From: Octopus sinensis
Taxonomy: Eukaryota
Assembly (NCBI RefSeq): GCF_006345805.1
Contig: NC_043006.1
Location: forward strand, 105,586,001-105,650,000
DNA length: 64,000 nt
Direction of reading: 5' to 3'
Shown: positions 36,057 through 49,163 of the stretch, piece by piece
How positions within the stretch are numbered: the first letter of the stretch is position 1
How the letters are laid out: every line of letters starts with the position of its first letter
Made by a program: the position numbers and the translations under genes
The notes under the pieces: model-generated
Told to the model about the DNA's origin: nothing
What the model saw: the letters and a program-made list of their open reading frames with translations, nothing else
Database searches by the model: none

Positions 36057-39000
36057 ATGTCAAGTATGCTTAAATTAGGTTGTGTGAATGCACGTGGCTT
36101 GGCGTCGGCTTGGAAGCAAGGTTACCTTCTAAACGACATCAAGTCACTGAACGTGGATATAGTAGCTATCAGTGAAACCAGACTCAGTAAGCCGCAGGCC
36201 CTCGAGTCCATGTTTGGCAATCAATTTGACATTTATTTTTCTCCCTGTCTGCCGAACATGGGTGGTGGAGGTACCGCGGTTCTTTTTCGAAATAGTCTAA
36301 AGGTAAAAGTAAGAGCAATATTCCTAGACCCGGAGGATAGGCTGGTTGTCTTGGACGTGGATGGCAGAAATGGGTGTGCATTCCGTCTGATGGCAGTTTA
36401 TCCACCGTCCTGAACGGGTCGGGCGGATTTCTTCAGACGTCTAGAGGTTTTCCTGGGTACGTCTAGACCTTTACTGTTAGTAGGGGAATGGAACGCTACC
36501 TTGGACACGCATCTAGATTATGTGGGAAGGGATAGGAATAGAAGGGGGTGTAAGAGCCTCAAAGACCTGCTCAGACGTTTCCATTTGTCTGACAAGTTCC
36601 GACTCGACCATCCGAACGTGCCAACGTGGACTTGGACAAACCGCGTCGGATCGTCGAGATCTTATCTAGATAGAATTCTATGCAGGACAGCGGATAGGGA
36701 TAGTGTAGGATGTCCACAATTTAAAATAGTCAGCTACACAGATCACAAATTTGTTACGTGTACGCTCGACTTAGATAAAACACATCGGCAGGGTCCCGGT
36801 TACTGGAAACTGAACACGTCGCTGTTAGAGCGACAGGTTTACAGGAACCGGATTAGCGAGTTAATTAAGAGGGCGCTGACGGGAGCCGTCGTAACAACCG
36901 CTGGTTGTACGCCCTGAAAATGGCAATAAAATCGGAATCAATTAGTTTAGCAAGGAATTAGCGATAGAACGAAATAGAGTAGAGGAGACTTAGTTAAGAA
37001 ACTAGAAGAGGCACTTACCACTGGCAGCGCAACCAACGTGCTGGCTGCGAGGATGGCCCTCGACCAACACCTCAACGCCAAGTATGAAGGTTGCGTCGTC
37101 AGAGCTAAAATGCGTGCCTTAAGGAAGGAAGGGATCGAAGCTGCGCGAGAGGCCCGGGTAGCGGAGGCGCAGCGTGGCAACAGAGCCACCATTCGGTCTC
37201 TAATAGATCAACAGGGATGCAGTTCACTCGAACCCGAAAGGATGTGTGAGGCCTTTCAACAGCACTTTGCTCGACTGTTTGGTGCGAGTGGTGGGTCGGA
37301 ACGCGGGATGGATTTCAGTGCCTACCTGACCGACCTGCCGCGGCTCTCGGCAAGAGAAGCGGAGTGTTGTGAAAGTCCCATTACAGCCGCTGACGTGTGG
37401 GATGCGATGGCGGGCTGCGAGAGGGATAAGTCGCCTGGATTGGATGGTTTAACCTACGAGCTGTATTGTCAAATGCCAGACTTGTTTGGCGACCTCTTGG
37501 CACCAGTCTACTGCAACTGGCAACAAAATGGGAGAATTTTGCAGTGACGTTGCTGAAGAAAGACCCAAACAAGGGGAATTTTATAGATAAATTCAGGCCC
37601 ATCACTCTGCTCAACGCAGATTTGAAAATTTTGGCCAAAGTAATAGCCGAGAGGTTGGCGCTTGTCATTGGTAAACTGGTCGACAGGGCGCAAACATGCG
37701 CCGTGCCGGGCAGAACCATACATGACAACCTCCATCTGATGCGCTACATTGTGGACAGGGTAGTTAAGGATCCTGGCATGGGTGGGGCGCTGATAAATTT
37801 GGATCAGTCTAAAGCCTTCGATAAGGTCGACCATCGGTGCTTGGCGGCCGTCCTCAGGGCGGCTGGCTTCGGTCCCGTCTTCCGCGGTTGGATCGCTGCC
37901 TTGTATAGCGGCATCCGATCGGTGATTCAGGTGAACGGTCACCTGTCGAAACCGTTTGACATCACGCGTTCGGTCCGTCAGGGGTGTCCCCTGTCGGCGC
38001 TTCTGTATGTATTGACTCTCGAGCCGCTACTGCGGAAGCTGGCGACACTGAGGGGCATCCCACAGGAACTGGGTTGCGGGACGAGCGTGTCGGCATATGC
38101 GGACGATGTCACCGTCATAGTGTCGAGCGACAAACATATCAAGATGATAGGCGAGACACTAAGAAAATACGAAACGGTGACGGGAGCAAAGATTAACCCG
38201 GAAAAGTCAGTGGGTTTGCTACTCGGCACCTGGAGAAGCAAGCCCATGCCGTCCGACTGCGACTCAGTAGTGGGACGCTGGACGGACCGGTTAAATTGCT
38301 CGGGGTCTGGTTCAGTCCGGACCTCCAAATGGATAAGAACTGGGACGAGATCACGAGTATAGTGGTCGCTCTCAGCCAAACATGGGCCGAGAGAAAGCTG
38401 TCTCTAAAAGGCCGGGCGGAGGCGGCGAACGCGTACATCGCATCCGTCATCGATTACCGCCTGACCGTCGTACCTTGTCCCGACGCCACCATCACCAAAC
38501 TGGAACGCATACTCTTCCGCTTCCTGTGGAAGGGTGGCGTTCCGATGGTGAGGAAGTCCATTTGCTGTCAACATCCGTTGAATGGAGGACTGGGCATGCC
38601 ATGGTTGTTGATGCGCAGGCATGCGCTGAGACTGCGACATCTCTGGAAATTCATCGACGACGGTGAACAGGTGTGGGCGCCGTTTGTGAGGCGCGACTTC
38701 CCGCAGCTCGTCTCACTGACCGAACTGCAAACGTGGATCAAAAAGAGACCGAAACTGGGCGATTGGCACCGAGAGTGTCGCCAAGCTCTACAGCAGTTCT
38801 GCCGACCGGGGTCAAACTTGTGCAACTTACAAACGACTAAAGCGTTCTATACAGGACTAGTGGAGGGGAGGTCCGGCGACACACTCGGGGCAAACCTGGG
38901 CGTCGACGAGGAATTCCTAACCCGCCTGTTCAGGACGACGTTCGGGCCGGGGCCTATGGATAACTTCCAGAAATCCCTGGCTTGGCAGTGCTATCGAGAC

Positions 39001-39477
39001 GCACTACCTGTTCGAGAGAAGAGCTACAGACACGGTTCGAAAACCATCACCGGACCGACCTGCCCGAGATGCGGTCAGAGCGACGAAACCGTTCTGCACG
39101 CACTCGTGCAGTGTCCAGATATTTCAGAGCTGTGGTCCTTCGTCGAACAGCTGTTGTCACGTGTAGGTCGGGCTCGCCTATCGGCCGAGTCTATCGTGAT
39201 TATTGTTCCACCACCTTCCTTTAAACGGGAAGGAAAACGGTTTTCGTTACGCTGATGGCTATGGCGAAAGAATGTGGTGGTGGACGCGTTTGAAGGACTG
39301 CAAACAAACACATTCCTCTCTGGTCAGTCTCTCGTCAACTTTTTCAAGTACCACTTGAAAAGGAGGATGAGAATAGAGAGGAAGGCTTTGTCGAACGAAT
39401 GTTTTAATAAAAAGTGGGTAAAAGTGGCAAAAATGGTCAGTATGAAAGACGACACTATTTTAAGCATAAATCTGTAA
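36057..39477 (+). pseudogene. Tx1 ORF2 (APE endonuclease, reverse transcriptase, C-terminal Cys-rich domain), disrupted
   Basis: LGCVNARG, ISETR, SYLDRIL, TDHK (APE); FRPITLLNADLKI, LDQSKAFDKV, RQGCPLS, AYADDV (RT); CPRCGQSDETVLHALVQC; several stops and frameshifts. Confidence 0.95.
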
Positions 39478-39758
39478 CCAAAAGAGACAACGAGAAGTAA
39501 GGCGACTTACTCATGTGTTCTTTTTCGAATTGTCTGAGGTGACCTTGGTCTTTTTTGTAGGTTTTTCTTTCCAAGGCTACACCTAAACTGTGAACCTTAT
39601 ATATATATTGCTTTTTTATACACCACACAACCCACAGATCCCTATTGATCAAACGTTTTTTTTGTGCCCCACCCATCCCACCACGAAAAGAAAAAATTCT
39701 ACATTGTATTTCGTCCATTTTTATTCTGTGTTTAGCCCTGTGTGGCTACAATAAAAAG

Positions 39759-39923
<165 letters not shown>

Positions 39924-40022
39924 AGTCTGTCTATCTGTCTGTCTGTCTGTCTGTGTATCTGTGTGTCTGTCTGTGTGTCTGTCTGTGTGTCTGTGTGTCT
40001 GTCTGTGTGTCTGTGTGTCTGT

Positions 40023-40079
<57 letters not shown>

Positions 40080-40137
40080 ATCTATCTATCTATCTATCTA
40101 TATATCTATCTATCTATCTATATATATATATATATAA

Positions 40138-40181
<44 letters not shown>

Positions 40182-40631
40182 AAGATTTAACAAAAACACA
40201 GAAAACGGAAAAGCTATCAAAAACTTAACAAACGGAAAATTTGTAGCTAATTCCTCATCAGTCAACGTCCAAAAGAAACGTACAATTTCGTGCCTTTTAT
40301 TGTTTATATTGTTCACTTTTGGTGGTGCCATTAACAAAAAGCCACCGGCAATAGCTAACGAACGTACAGGACAAAGACGAAAACAAACATGACAAAATGA
40401 AATAATTATAATAATTGTACATATACAACAAAAAGCTGTGCGACTGCCATACATACACTTACATATTCATGAGATTTCATCTTCATCACTGCTTCAGTTT
40501 CTCCTCTTTTACTAACATTCATTTATGCAATCTGAAATACATTCTGATACAGCTTGTTTTAAGAGAAACTCTGTAGTTGCTGTCACCTTTTCTAAATAGC
40601 TTTATCTCTCTTTCACCTCTGTGTTTATATG

Positions 40632-40697
<66 letters not shown>

Positions 40698-40829
40698 TAT
40701 TTGATAATTTTTGCTTGTCTCAGTCGTGAGAACTGAGGCAATGCTGGGGCACCGTCTTGAAGGACTTTGTCGATTGAATTGTGCCCAACAGTTATTTTAA
40801 GTCTGCTAGCTATTCTCTCTTCTCTTTTT

Positions 40830-41095
40830 ACCAAGCTGCTAAGTTATGGCAACGAAAAGACGCCACCAGAGATAAACCTAAGTACACACACGTACACTCA
40901 AAGATGCACACAGGTATTTATATGCGATGTGTTTCCACACAGTTTCAACCAGCCGGACTCATTCACAAGGCATTGGTCAACCCAGGGATTTAGCGTAAGA
41001 TACTTACCCATGGTGCTGTGTGGTGGGACTGAACTTGAAAGTATAGGGCTGCGAAGCGAATTTCTTAGTCTCACAATCATACTTACGTGTCTAGT
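40830..41095 (-). mobile_element. Degenerate SINE family A
   Basis: CTGCTAAGTTATGG, TTCACAAGGCATTGGTC and GGGACTGAAC blocks are colinear with 11365-11783. Confidence 0.65.
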
Positions 41096-41454
41096 CACTG
41101 TTTGGACTTAAGAGATGAAAGCAAATTAAAACTATGCAAATACAAACAAACAAATGTAGAAAGACTGACAGCATAGTAATCTAATTCATGCAATCCTTAC
41201 AAGCTGCTGGTATTTGTTTGATTGTCTGAACCGAACATGGGCCACAGTCAGTAGGGCAGGTCACAGTAATGGCAAATCAGAATGAAAAATTTAATATACA
41301 AACGTCAATATCTCCAGAGGTACATTATCTAAAAACGCTAACTCTCATGATATCATGATGCTCAGCAACCAGAGTAAATAAGATGGCAGATTAATCCATA
41401 TAGATGAATCCAAACAGTAAATTCTGGCAGCAAAATGGTCGACTACTAGTGGTT

Positions 41455-41665
41455 TCAAATTTTGGCACACGGCCAGCAAGTTTGAGGGAAGGGGCTAGTC
41501 GGTTACATCGACCCCAGTGCTCAACTGGTACTCATTTTATCGACCCCAAAAGAAAAAAAAAGGCAAAGTCGACCTTTCTAAGGTTCAAAGACGAATTCGA
41601 ACTCAGAACGTTAAGATGGACGAAATGTCGCTAAGCATTTAGCCTGACATTCTAACGAATCTGTC
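41455..41665 (-). mobile_element. SINE family C
   Basis: ATCGACCCCAGTGCTCAACTGGTACTCATTTTATCGACCCC..AAAGGCAAAGTCGACCT..CTCAGAACG is the reverse complement of the family C core. Confidence 0.8.
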
Positions 41666-41699
41666 GGGTCAGGGCCTCAATCGATCCATAATATTGGCA

Positions 41700-42400
41700 T
41701 TTGTCCCAGTTTGTCCAGGCAGTTGCTAACTGGCTAGAAGTCAGTCCCACACTCGAGCATTTTTGTAACTTTCAATCATGGAAAAGAAGCACTTATTTCT
41801 GATGTTGGCAGACACATGAAGTTTCTCGTCTCGTCTCCATATACAGGTGTCTTTGAGGCATCCTCTCAACTTCTCATGACTAGCAGAGTTTACCTGAAAT
41901 CACTAGAGAGTAAGACTGTAGCTCTACCCATGACATTAATGTTGCCGCTGGTACCCTGTAAAGTATGATTTAGAGTCTCAGATACAAATCTGTGAGACAT
42001 TGTTCTCTAATCTCATACTTTCAGCTTAACCTGCTTCTGTAGCTCTGTTCGACCAGATCCTTTGCCTATGTTACACACTGGACTGTAATAGTGTGCAAGG
42101 TTGAGTTCGAGACAAAATATGCAATGATACAACCTGTATTTCAAGTTGCTGCAATTCTAGACGAGGCTACTGCAATAGCTTGTTTTCTGTCATGCTGTCC
42201 TGATTATGACAAAGTTGCTGGGACTGGATTGTGAGCTGGCACAGAAAATGATAACAAGGAGGGTCTTAATCTTACTAATGCAAAGCAGTAGTCCCTTCCA
42301 AGGTACTTTTCCAGTTTACATTATGCTTTATACGGCATCTTCTTTGGCAAAGCAACTGTTTTAAGTTCCTCGAACAATATTGGACCATGAATATTGTACA
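41700..42400 (+). mobile_element. Possible ancient L2/CR1-type LINE remnant
   Basis: Only short motifs are recognisable, e.g. SRRGYCNSL resembling SRLDYCNSL. Confidence 0.3.
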
Positions 42401-42769
42401 GAGGATGTTTGATATCTAAATACGTTATTAGAATTCTTAAAGTAAAAGTTATATCTTGAAAGAGTTAGTATGCGGTTTTGAATCTTAAGGAAGATAGAAA
42501 ATAATTTCACTTTTACTCACATTTAAATTCATTTATATTGGCAATAAATCATATTTACTTAAAGAGCTCTACAAGTATTTGTAACAAAACTGCGAGACAA
42601 CACACATATAAGCACAATCACACATTCACGCACGTATATACCTACATATACATATATAAACAGTAATTATTGGAAAATTCCTCGTTAACACATATCTCTA
42701 AGTCTCAGAATAATTTTAATTATTGAAAAAAACAAAAGAAAAATCTAATCAAAACATGTCTGTTTTAAA

Positions 42770-43165
42770 TTTTCAAGCAATTTTAATGAGGTAACGCTCA
42801 GTATCGAAGGAATTTTATATATCGCAGCAGTTTTAATATGTATTGAAACAAGTTTATCTACTGCAACAATTTTAGGCATGGAAACAAATCTAGGTATCGA
42901 AGCAACTTTTAAAATCAAAGCAAATAATCAAGATTGAAGAAATTTACTGAAGCAACTTTTAAATATTGAAACAATTTTTAAATACTGAAGCACTTTTATG
43001 TATCATAGTAATTTTAATTATCGAAGCTGCTAATCAAGTTATAGCAACTTTAAACATAGAATCAGCATCAGTTATTGAGGCAATTAATCGGGATATAGCA
43101 ACTTAATAATCGTAGAATCTTTAAGTATCAAAGTAGTTTTAAGTAGAGAAGCAACTGTTTGTAAA
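42770..43165. repeat. Degenerate 18-19-bp minisatellite (consensus about TATCGAAGCAATTTTAAA)
   Basis: About 20 units, e.g. TATCGAAGGAATTTTATA, TATCGAAGCAACTTTTAAA, TATTGAAACAATTTTTAAA, TACTGAAGCACTTTTATG. Confidence 0.75.
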
Positions 43166-43347
43166 TGTTTTACATTTCTCTGACTGAATGAGATGTTCAA
43201 AAATGGCGGCCAACAAATTTCCACAACAGTGCAGTTTTTCTTTTTTCTTTTTCTTTTTCTGTCCCTGATGACTATGTCGGGCGTTTTATGTTTGTATTTG
43301 GAGGGAGGGTTTGATAGGAATGTTTTGATTGTAACAGGAAGAGACAA
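43084..43347 (-). mobile_element. RLE-domain LINE fragment (second RLE family)
   Basis: KHKTPDIVIRD...CTVVEICWP and KLLYPD, resembling the PD..D/E endonuclease motif and the LLFYPDY segment at 48220. Confidence 0.55.
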
Positions 43348-43599
43348 GAATAGATAAAGAGACAGGAATAAATAAATATATAAAAAATTAAAAAAGAAAC
43401 AGTTGAAACCACGGACTGACTAGTAAAACAAGGGTTATATCGGATTCAGAAATAGAGGTCGTGGTGGTATGTGATAATGTTGTTCGTAGTGGCCTCCGTA
43501 TGGTGGTGGTGGTAATGACGACGATGATGATGACAATGATGAGGATGAGGATGATGATGATGATGAGGAGGAGGATGATACTGATGATGATGGTATGTT

Positions 43600-45300
43600 G
43601 TTAGTTTTGTTCTTGTTTTTGACGTTGTTGTTTGTGATAGTGGTGGTGGTACGGGTGTTGGTAGTGATGGGATGTAGTGAGAAATGCGATTTTAAAAGAT
43701 ATGAAGAAGATAGATGGGGAACGGGAAACCGAGCAGGAAGACGAGTTGGAAGACGATAGCAAAAAGGATGGATGTAAACCGATAGATGGAAATAATAGAG
43801 AGCTATGTAGGAGATGGGTAGGTAGGCAGATAGGTAGGGGTGTATATATGACCACAAACATGAAAATGAAAGTGAAAGTAAAAAAATAAACGTAGAAAAC
43901 AAAAAAAGAAAAACAGTAAGAAAATAATTCTGAAAAAAAATCGACCAAGCCAACAACCAACCAACCAACAAACCAATAAACAAGCAAAACAAACAAACTT
44001 TATTATATTTTCTGAGACAAGAATATTTGATGAAGAAAGGAGGAAGTAGAAATAAGAAAGAAAGAAAGAGAGAGAGAGAGAGAAAGGGGGGGGAGAGAGA
44101 AAGTATGATGTTTAGACAAATAAGAAACATGAAACGAGAAACAAGAAACATATTGATCGATAAGTAATGCAAATAAATAACTATAAAGATGTAAGAGAGA
44201 GAGAGAGAGAGGGAGGAGTAATGGTAGGTATGGAGAGTAAGGGAAAAGTGACAGAGGTACAGTAGATAGATAGACAAATAGATATATTGAGAGGCAGAGA
44301 GTGAGTGAGTGAATGTGTCAGTGTAAAGGTGTATTTCTAAGGACGTATGTAAGGATGTATGTATGTGAGTGTGTGTGTGTGAGGATGTGCGTCTTTGTAA
44401 GGGAGTGTGTGTGTGTATGTGTGTGTGTGGGTGTGTGTGGCGTGTGTAATAGTGGTTTTGAGGAGAAGTAAGAGAGGATAAAATAAGGGAAGAATATGAG
44501 ATGGAAAGTTTAAGAACAAGTTAAGAAGTGAGAAAGAGAGAAAGAAAAAAGCAAGTAGAAAGAAAACATGATGCAAAAAAATTCATAAAAAGTACAAAAA
44601 AATGACCCCCCCCCGCCAAAAAAACCTGAAGTTAATATGTAAATAAATAAATAAATAAACAAAAACTGAATGGCAGAAAGAAAGAAGAAAGAAAAGTAAT
44701 GAAGGGCAGAAAAAGAAAGGAGATGAATGACAGTAAAGAAAGGAAGGAGGAATTGTTAGATTACTATTATAATAAGAAAAGATAAGAAGTGGTTGTTAGA
44801 ATTATACAATAAAACAGCAATGAAAAAATGACACACACTCACAACACATATACATACACATAACACACATATACACGCAAGCACACACAAAATAATAATA
44901 ATGAGCAATATAAAATGAGGTTGGGAAGTAAGGCAGAAGAGGGCGAAAATATGGAGGTAAAAGAAAAAGTAAGTGTAAGGAAAGAAAGAGAAGAGGAGAG
45001 GGGAGGGTAAAAGGATAAAGAAAACCGAGTGAAAAGAAATGAATGATTGATAATAATAAGACGGATAGAAGTAACTGGAAAAAGAACAAGAGATGGAGCA
45101 AAAATATGAAAGAAAAAGAAAAGAAACAAAACAAAAGATGAAGAAGATATAAAAGACGGCGAAAAAGAAGAAGGAGGAGGTAGAGGAAAAGAGAGAAAAA
45201 AAAGGAAAGGAAGTAAAATAAAATTGGAAAACTTGCAAAGAAATGTGAATTGCAATTGATTTGAAGAATCGAATAACAAAGAAAAAGATAAAAAGCGAAA
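43600..45300. repeat. Purine-rich (GA/AAG) low-complexity tract
   Basis: Strong plus-strand A/G bias; the ORFs called here are F/S/L-rich artefacts. Confidence 0.8.
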
Positions 45301-45315
45301 AATGAAGATAGATAT

Positions 45316-45375
<60 letters not shown>

Positions 45376-45526
45376 GCATACATGCGCATACATATACAGA
45401 TACATACACATATATTTTATATATATGCATATATCTAAATATGCGTGTATATACAAACATACATACATACGTACGTACATATACACATATAACACTTAAG
45501 TACATACATACATACATACATACATA

Positions 45527-45583
<57 letters not shown>

Positions 45584-45602
45584 TATACATATACATACAT
45601 AT

Positions 45603-45644
<42 letters not shown>

Positions 45645-45654
45645 CATACATACA

Positions 45655-45690
<36 letters not shown>

Positions 45691-46207
45691 TATATATAAT
45701 ATATATATATATATAATATATATATATATATACCACTATAGCAACAACTACAACAGCACCCACAGCAGTAACCACGACGACTACCACCCCTACTGCCATC
45801 ACCACCACAACAACAACAGCATGAGTAAACAAGAAAACTACGACGAAGACAGCAGCAACGACAGCGATGAGGGCGGCGGCGATAAGAGAGAACGGAAATG
45901 GATTATTTGTTCCGGTCGCAAGCGCACGACACCGTCCGTCCAGTATAGGCGCCATGATAGATAGCGTCAGTGCTCTAGCTGGCCGCACTTTCTCGTCCAT
46001 TATCTTCACAACAGAGGTGTATCAATTAAAATATGTTTTCTTTTCTCTCTCTTCTGCGTATCCATCAACCAACTCTTTCCCCAGCCAAATCTTGTCTTGT
46101 CTTTCATTGTTTTTTGCCCTAAATTTTATTTATTTACACATTCATATCATCCCCCTCCTCCTCCTCACCATCCTCCTCATCCTCATCAAATTATTACTAT
46201 TATTATT

Positions 46208-46240
<33 letters not shown>

Positions 46241-46502
46241 ATTGTTATTATTATTATTATTATTATTATCGTCTTTGTTGCTATTGTTATTATTTCAGAG
46301 GTCAGAGTTACATAGTTGTATAACTGTTGTTCTTTTTTGGATGTGGTTACTGTTGTGGTTGATGTTGTTGGTGGGGTTGGTGGGAGTCATAAGCTGTGGT
46401 TGTTGTTGATACTATGATATGGTTTTAGTTGCTGCTGTTGTGGCCGGTAGTCGTATTGGTATGGTCAATAGTAGACCTATGATTTTTATCATTAATGTTA
46501 GA

Positions 46503-47135
46503 TCGGTGAGCTGGCAGAATCGTTAGCAGCATTTCGTCTATCTTTACGTTCCGAGTTCATATTTCGATGAGGTCGACTTTGCCTTTCATCCTTTCGTGAT
46601 TGATAAAATAAGTACTAGTTGAACTAGTCGACTAGTTAGTTCCCTCCCACTAAAAAAAAAACAAAAAAAAAACAAGCCTTGTGTCTATAATAGAAAGGAT
46701 TATTAATGTAATTGTTAAAGAGGTGTGCTGGAAGAACCGTTACTATGCCGAACAAAATGGTTAGCGGTATTTCGTCCGTTTAAGGCGGCGAGCTGGCAGA
46801 AACGTTAGCACGCCGGGCGAAATGCGTAGCCGTATTTCGTCTGCCGTAACGTTCTGGGTTCAAATTCCTCCGCGGTCGACTTTGCCTTTCATCCTTTCGG
46901 GATCGATTAAATAAGTACCAGTTACGCACTGGGGTCGATACAATCGACTTAATCCGTTTGTCTGTCCTTGTTTGTCCCTTCTGTGTTTAGCCCCTTGTGG
47001 GTAGTAAAGTAATAGGTATTTCATCCGTTTCCACGTTCTGAGTTCAAATGGTGCCGAGGTCGACTTTGTCTTTCATGCTTTTGTGGTCGGTAAAATAAGT
47101 AGCAGTTGAGTACAGGGGTAGATCTAATTAGTAGA
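46503..47135 (+). mobile_element. Cluster of four tandem family C SINE pieces (complete copy at 46783-47015)
   Basis: Repeated GAGCTGGCAGAA heads and GTTC(T/C)G(A/G)GTTCA..GGTCGACTTTG..TTTCAT.CTTT cores at ~46503, 46720, 46783 and 47015. Confidence 0.85.
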
Positions 47136-47821
47136 AAGGATTATTAATGTTATTGTCTTTTTGGGTGTAAGTTGGTTCTGGCAGAGCAGACCTATAATGA
47201 AAGACATTCCATTCATGACCACTATGTCCTTGATTCAGGCATTGCATATCTAGGACTATATAATCCAATGTATTCACCTCTTTTCTCAAGTTTTTTTTGT
47301 AGTTGTCAGTAGTGTTAGTATGGGTCCTGGTGCCGTTGCTGTCATTGCTGATGAGGATGATGATGGTGGTGATGGTGGTGATGAAGGTGATGATGATGAT
47401 GATGATAATGATGTTGTCCAGGTCACTTCTCTATGCATGGTGGAACTACTGTCCAGAAGCGATCCACGGATCCAGTTTTTCAGTATACTATATCTTCGTC
47501 AGTGGTTGGTACCATGATTCTGGTGGGTCTGATAAGATAAATGCTAGTAAGTAACATTCGTTTCGGTAGAGATCTTCCGTTGTTTATTGTAATCTTATTC
47601 TTACCGTTGGTGTTTGTTGTTGATTTTGCTGTAGTTGTTCTTATGATTATAACCCAAGGTCATCCTAATTGAGCAGCCCCACCGCATATAGTCGAGTGAG
47701 CATCTGAACCAGATCTAAGCACTTTTTGTTCAAGTTCAAGATAAACCACGCTTTCATCGAACACACTATATCGAACACACGCACACACGAACGCGCGCAC
47801 AAACACACACATGCACGCACG

Positions 47822-47853
<32 letters not shown>

Positions 47854-48217
47854 CACTGTTGAGCTGATGACAGCTATTAAGCCAGAAACATTTGACCACG
47901 ATTGTCCTCTTCTCTCCAGACAGTAGGCTTGTTCTTTTCCCCTCAATAGCATGTCAATTCTGAGGATTATTGGATCTTGAGATTATCTGCCCTTGTCGAG
48001 TGAATCTGCTCACAATTGCCATTTGGACATTATGACACATCCTCTAGAGGCGGAGATAATTTTAATAAATCAAGAATTTATGTTGTATGGTATTTAATAT
48101 ACCTCTAGTTTTCCATGTTATATACGTACGTACGTAAGCACATACATACATACATACATACATTCATACATACAGACATACATACATACATGCATACAGA
48201 TATACATACATATATAC

Positions 48218-48495
48218 TGTTATTCTATCCAGATTACAAGTTTATGTTTATACCTGTAATTATTGGAGCACTGGGATATGTAACACTCTGCCTAAATACC
48301 AATCTTGAGAAATTAAGGCTTCTTAAAACCAGAAAAGAGAAAGCTGATTCGAAGGCTACAGATCCAACCCATCACTGAAACTGTAGAAATCTGTAAAACT
48401 TCCCTGAAGTTTATAATTTTATATATGAGCATGTCTAGATATGCAGCTATATGCATGAGAATATATACATAAAGCAAAACATGGAAATCTGCACA
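48218..48495 (+). mobile_element. 5'-truncated RLE-type LINE 3' end, flanked on both sides by (CATA)n
   Basis: [24 protein letters not shown] (frameshift) ..KLIRRLQIQPITETVEICKTSLKF; IPVIIGALG parallels IPVIVGALG in the R4-like element; (CATA)n at 48135-48215 and 48495-49250. Confidence 0.7.
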
Positions 48496-48969
48496 TATGC
48501 ATACATACATACATACATACATACATACATACATACATACAGACATACATACATACATACATACATACATACATACATACATACACACACACATACATAC
48601 ATACATACATACATACATACATACATAGATACATACATACATACATACATACATACATACACACACACATACATACATACATACATACATACATACATAC
48701 ATACATACATACATACGTACATACGTACATACATACATACACACACATACATACATACATACATACATACATACACACACACATACATACATACATACAT
48801 ACATACATACATACATACATACGTACATACATACATACATACATACATACATACATACATACATACATACATACATACACACACACATACATACATACAT
48901 ACATACTACATACACACACATACATACATAACATACATACATACATACACACACACATACATACATACA

Positions 48970-49003
<34 letters not shown>

Positions 49004-49049
49004 CATACATACATACATACATACATTCACACATACATACATACATACA

Positions 49050-49083
<34 letters not shown>

Positions 49084-49129
49084 CATACATACATACATAC
49101 ATTCACACATACATACATACATACATACA

Positions 49130-49163
<34 letters not shown>

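Larger units (their letters stand above)
33911..39758 (+). mobile_element. Near full-length Tx1-type LINE flanked on both sides by (TATC)n
   Basis: 5' UTR, ORF1 (34220-35999), ORF2 (36057-39477), ~280-nt 3' UTR ending AATAAAAAGTT; (TATC)n at 33817-33910 and from 39760. Confidence 0.95.

Noticed and set aside
40225-40265. Minus-strand CTGATGA-GGAA..TTCC resembling a hammerhead 5' half
   Set aside because: Followed by GTTT instead of GAAA; no cleavage site or stem I.
40690-40830. LQDGAPA peptide suggesting a DDE transposase
   Set aside because: Isolated heptapeptide without flanking transposase similarity.
42770-43165. CRISPR-like or coding repeat array
   Set aside because: Units are contiguous without unique spacers, in eukaryotic context, and frames contain stops; it is a minisatellite.
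45900-45990. Minus-strand RLYWTD (LDL-receptor YWTD-like) peptide
   Set aside because: Bounded by an in-frame stop with no acceptor; a single short motif is expected by chance.
47470-47510. Minus-strand CTGACGA..CTGAAA hammerhead-like core
   Set aside because: Stem III and stem I cannot be formed; no valid NUH context.
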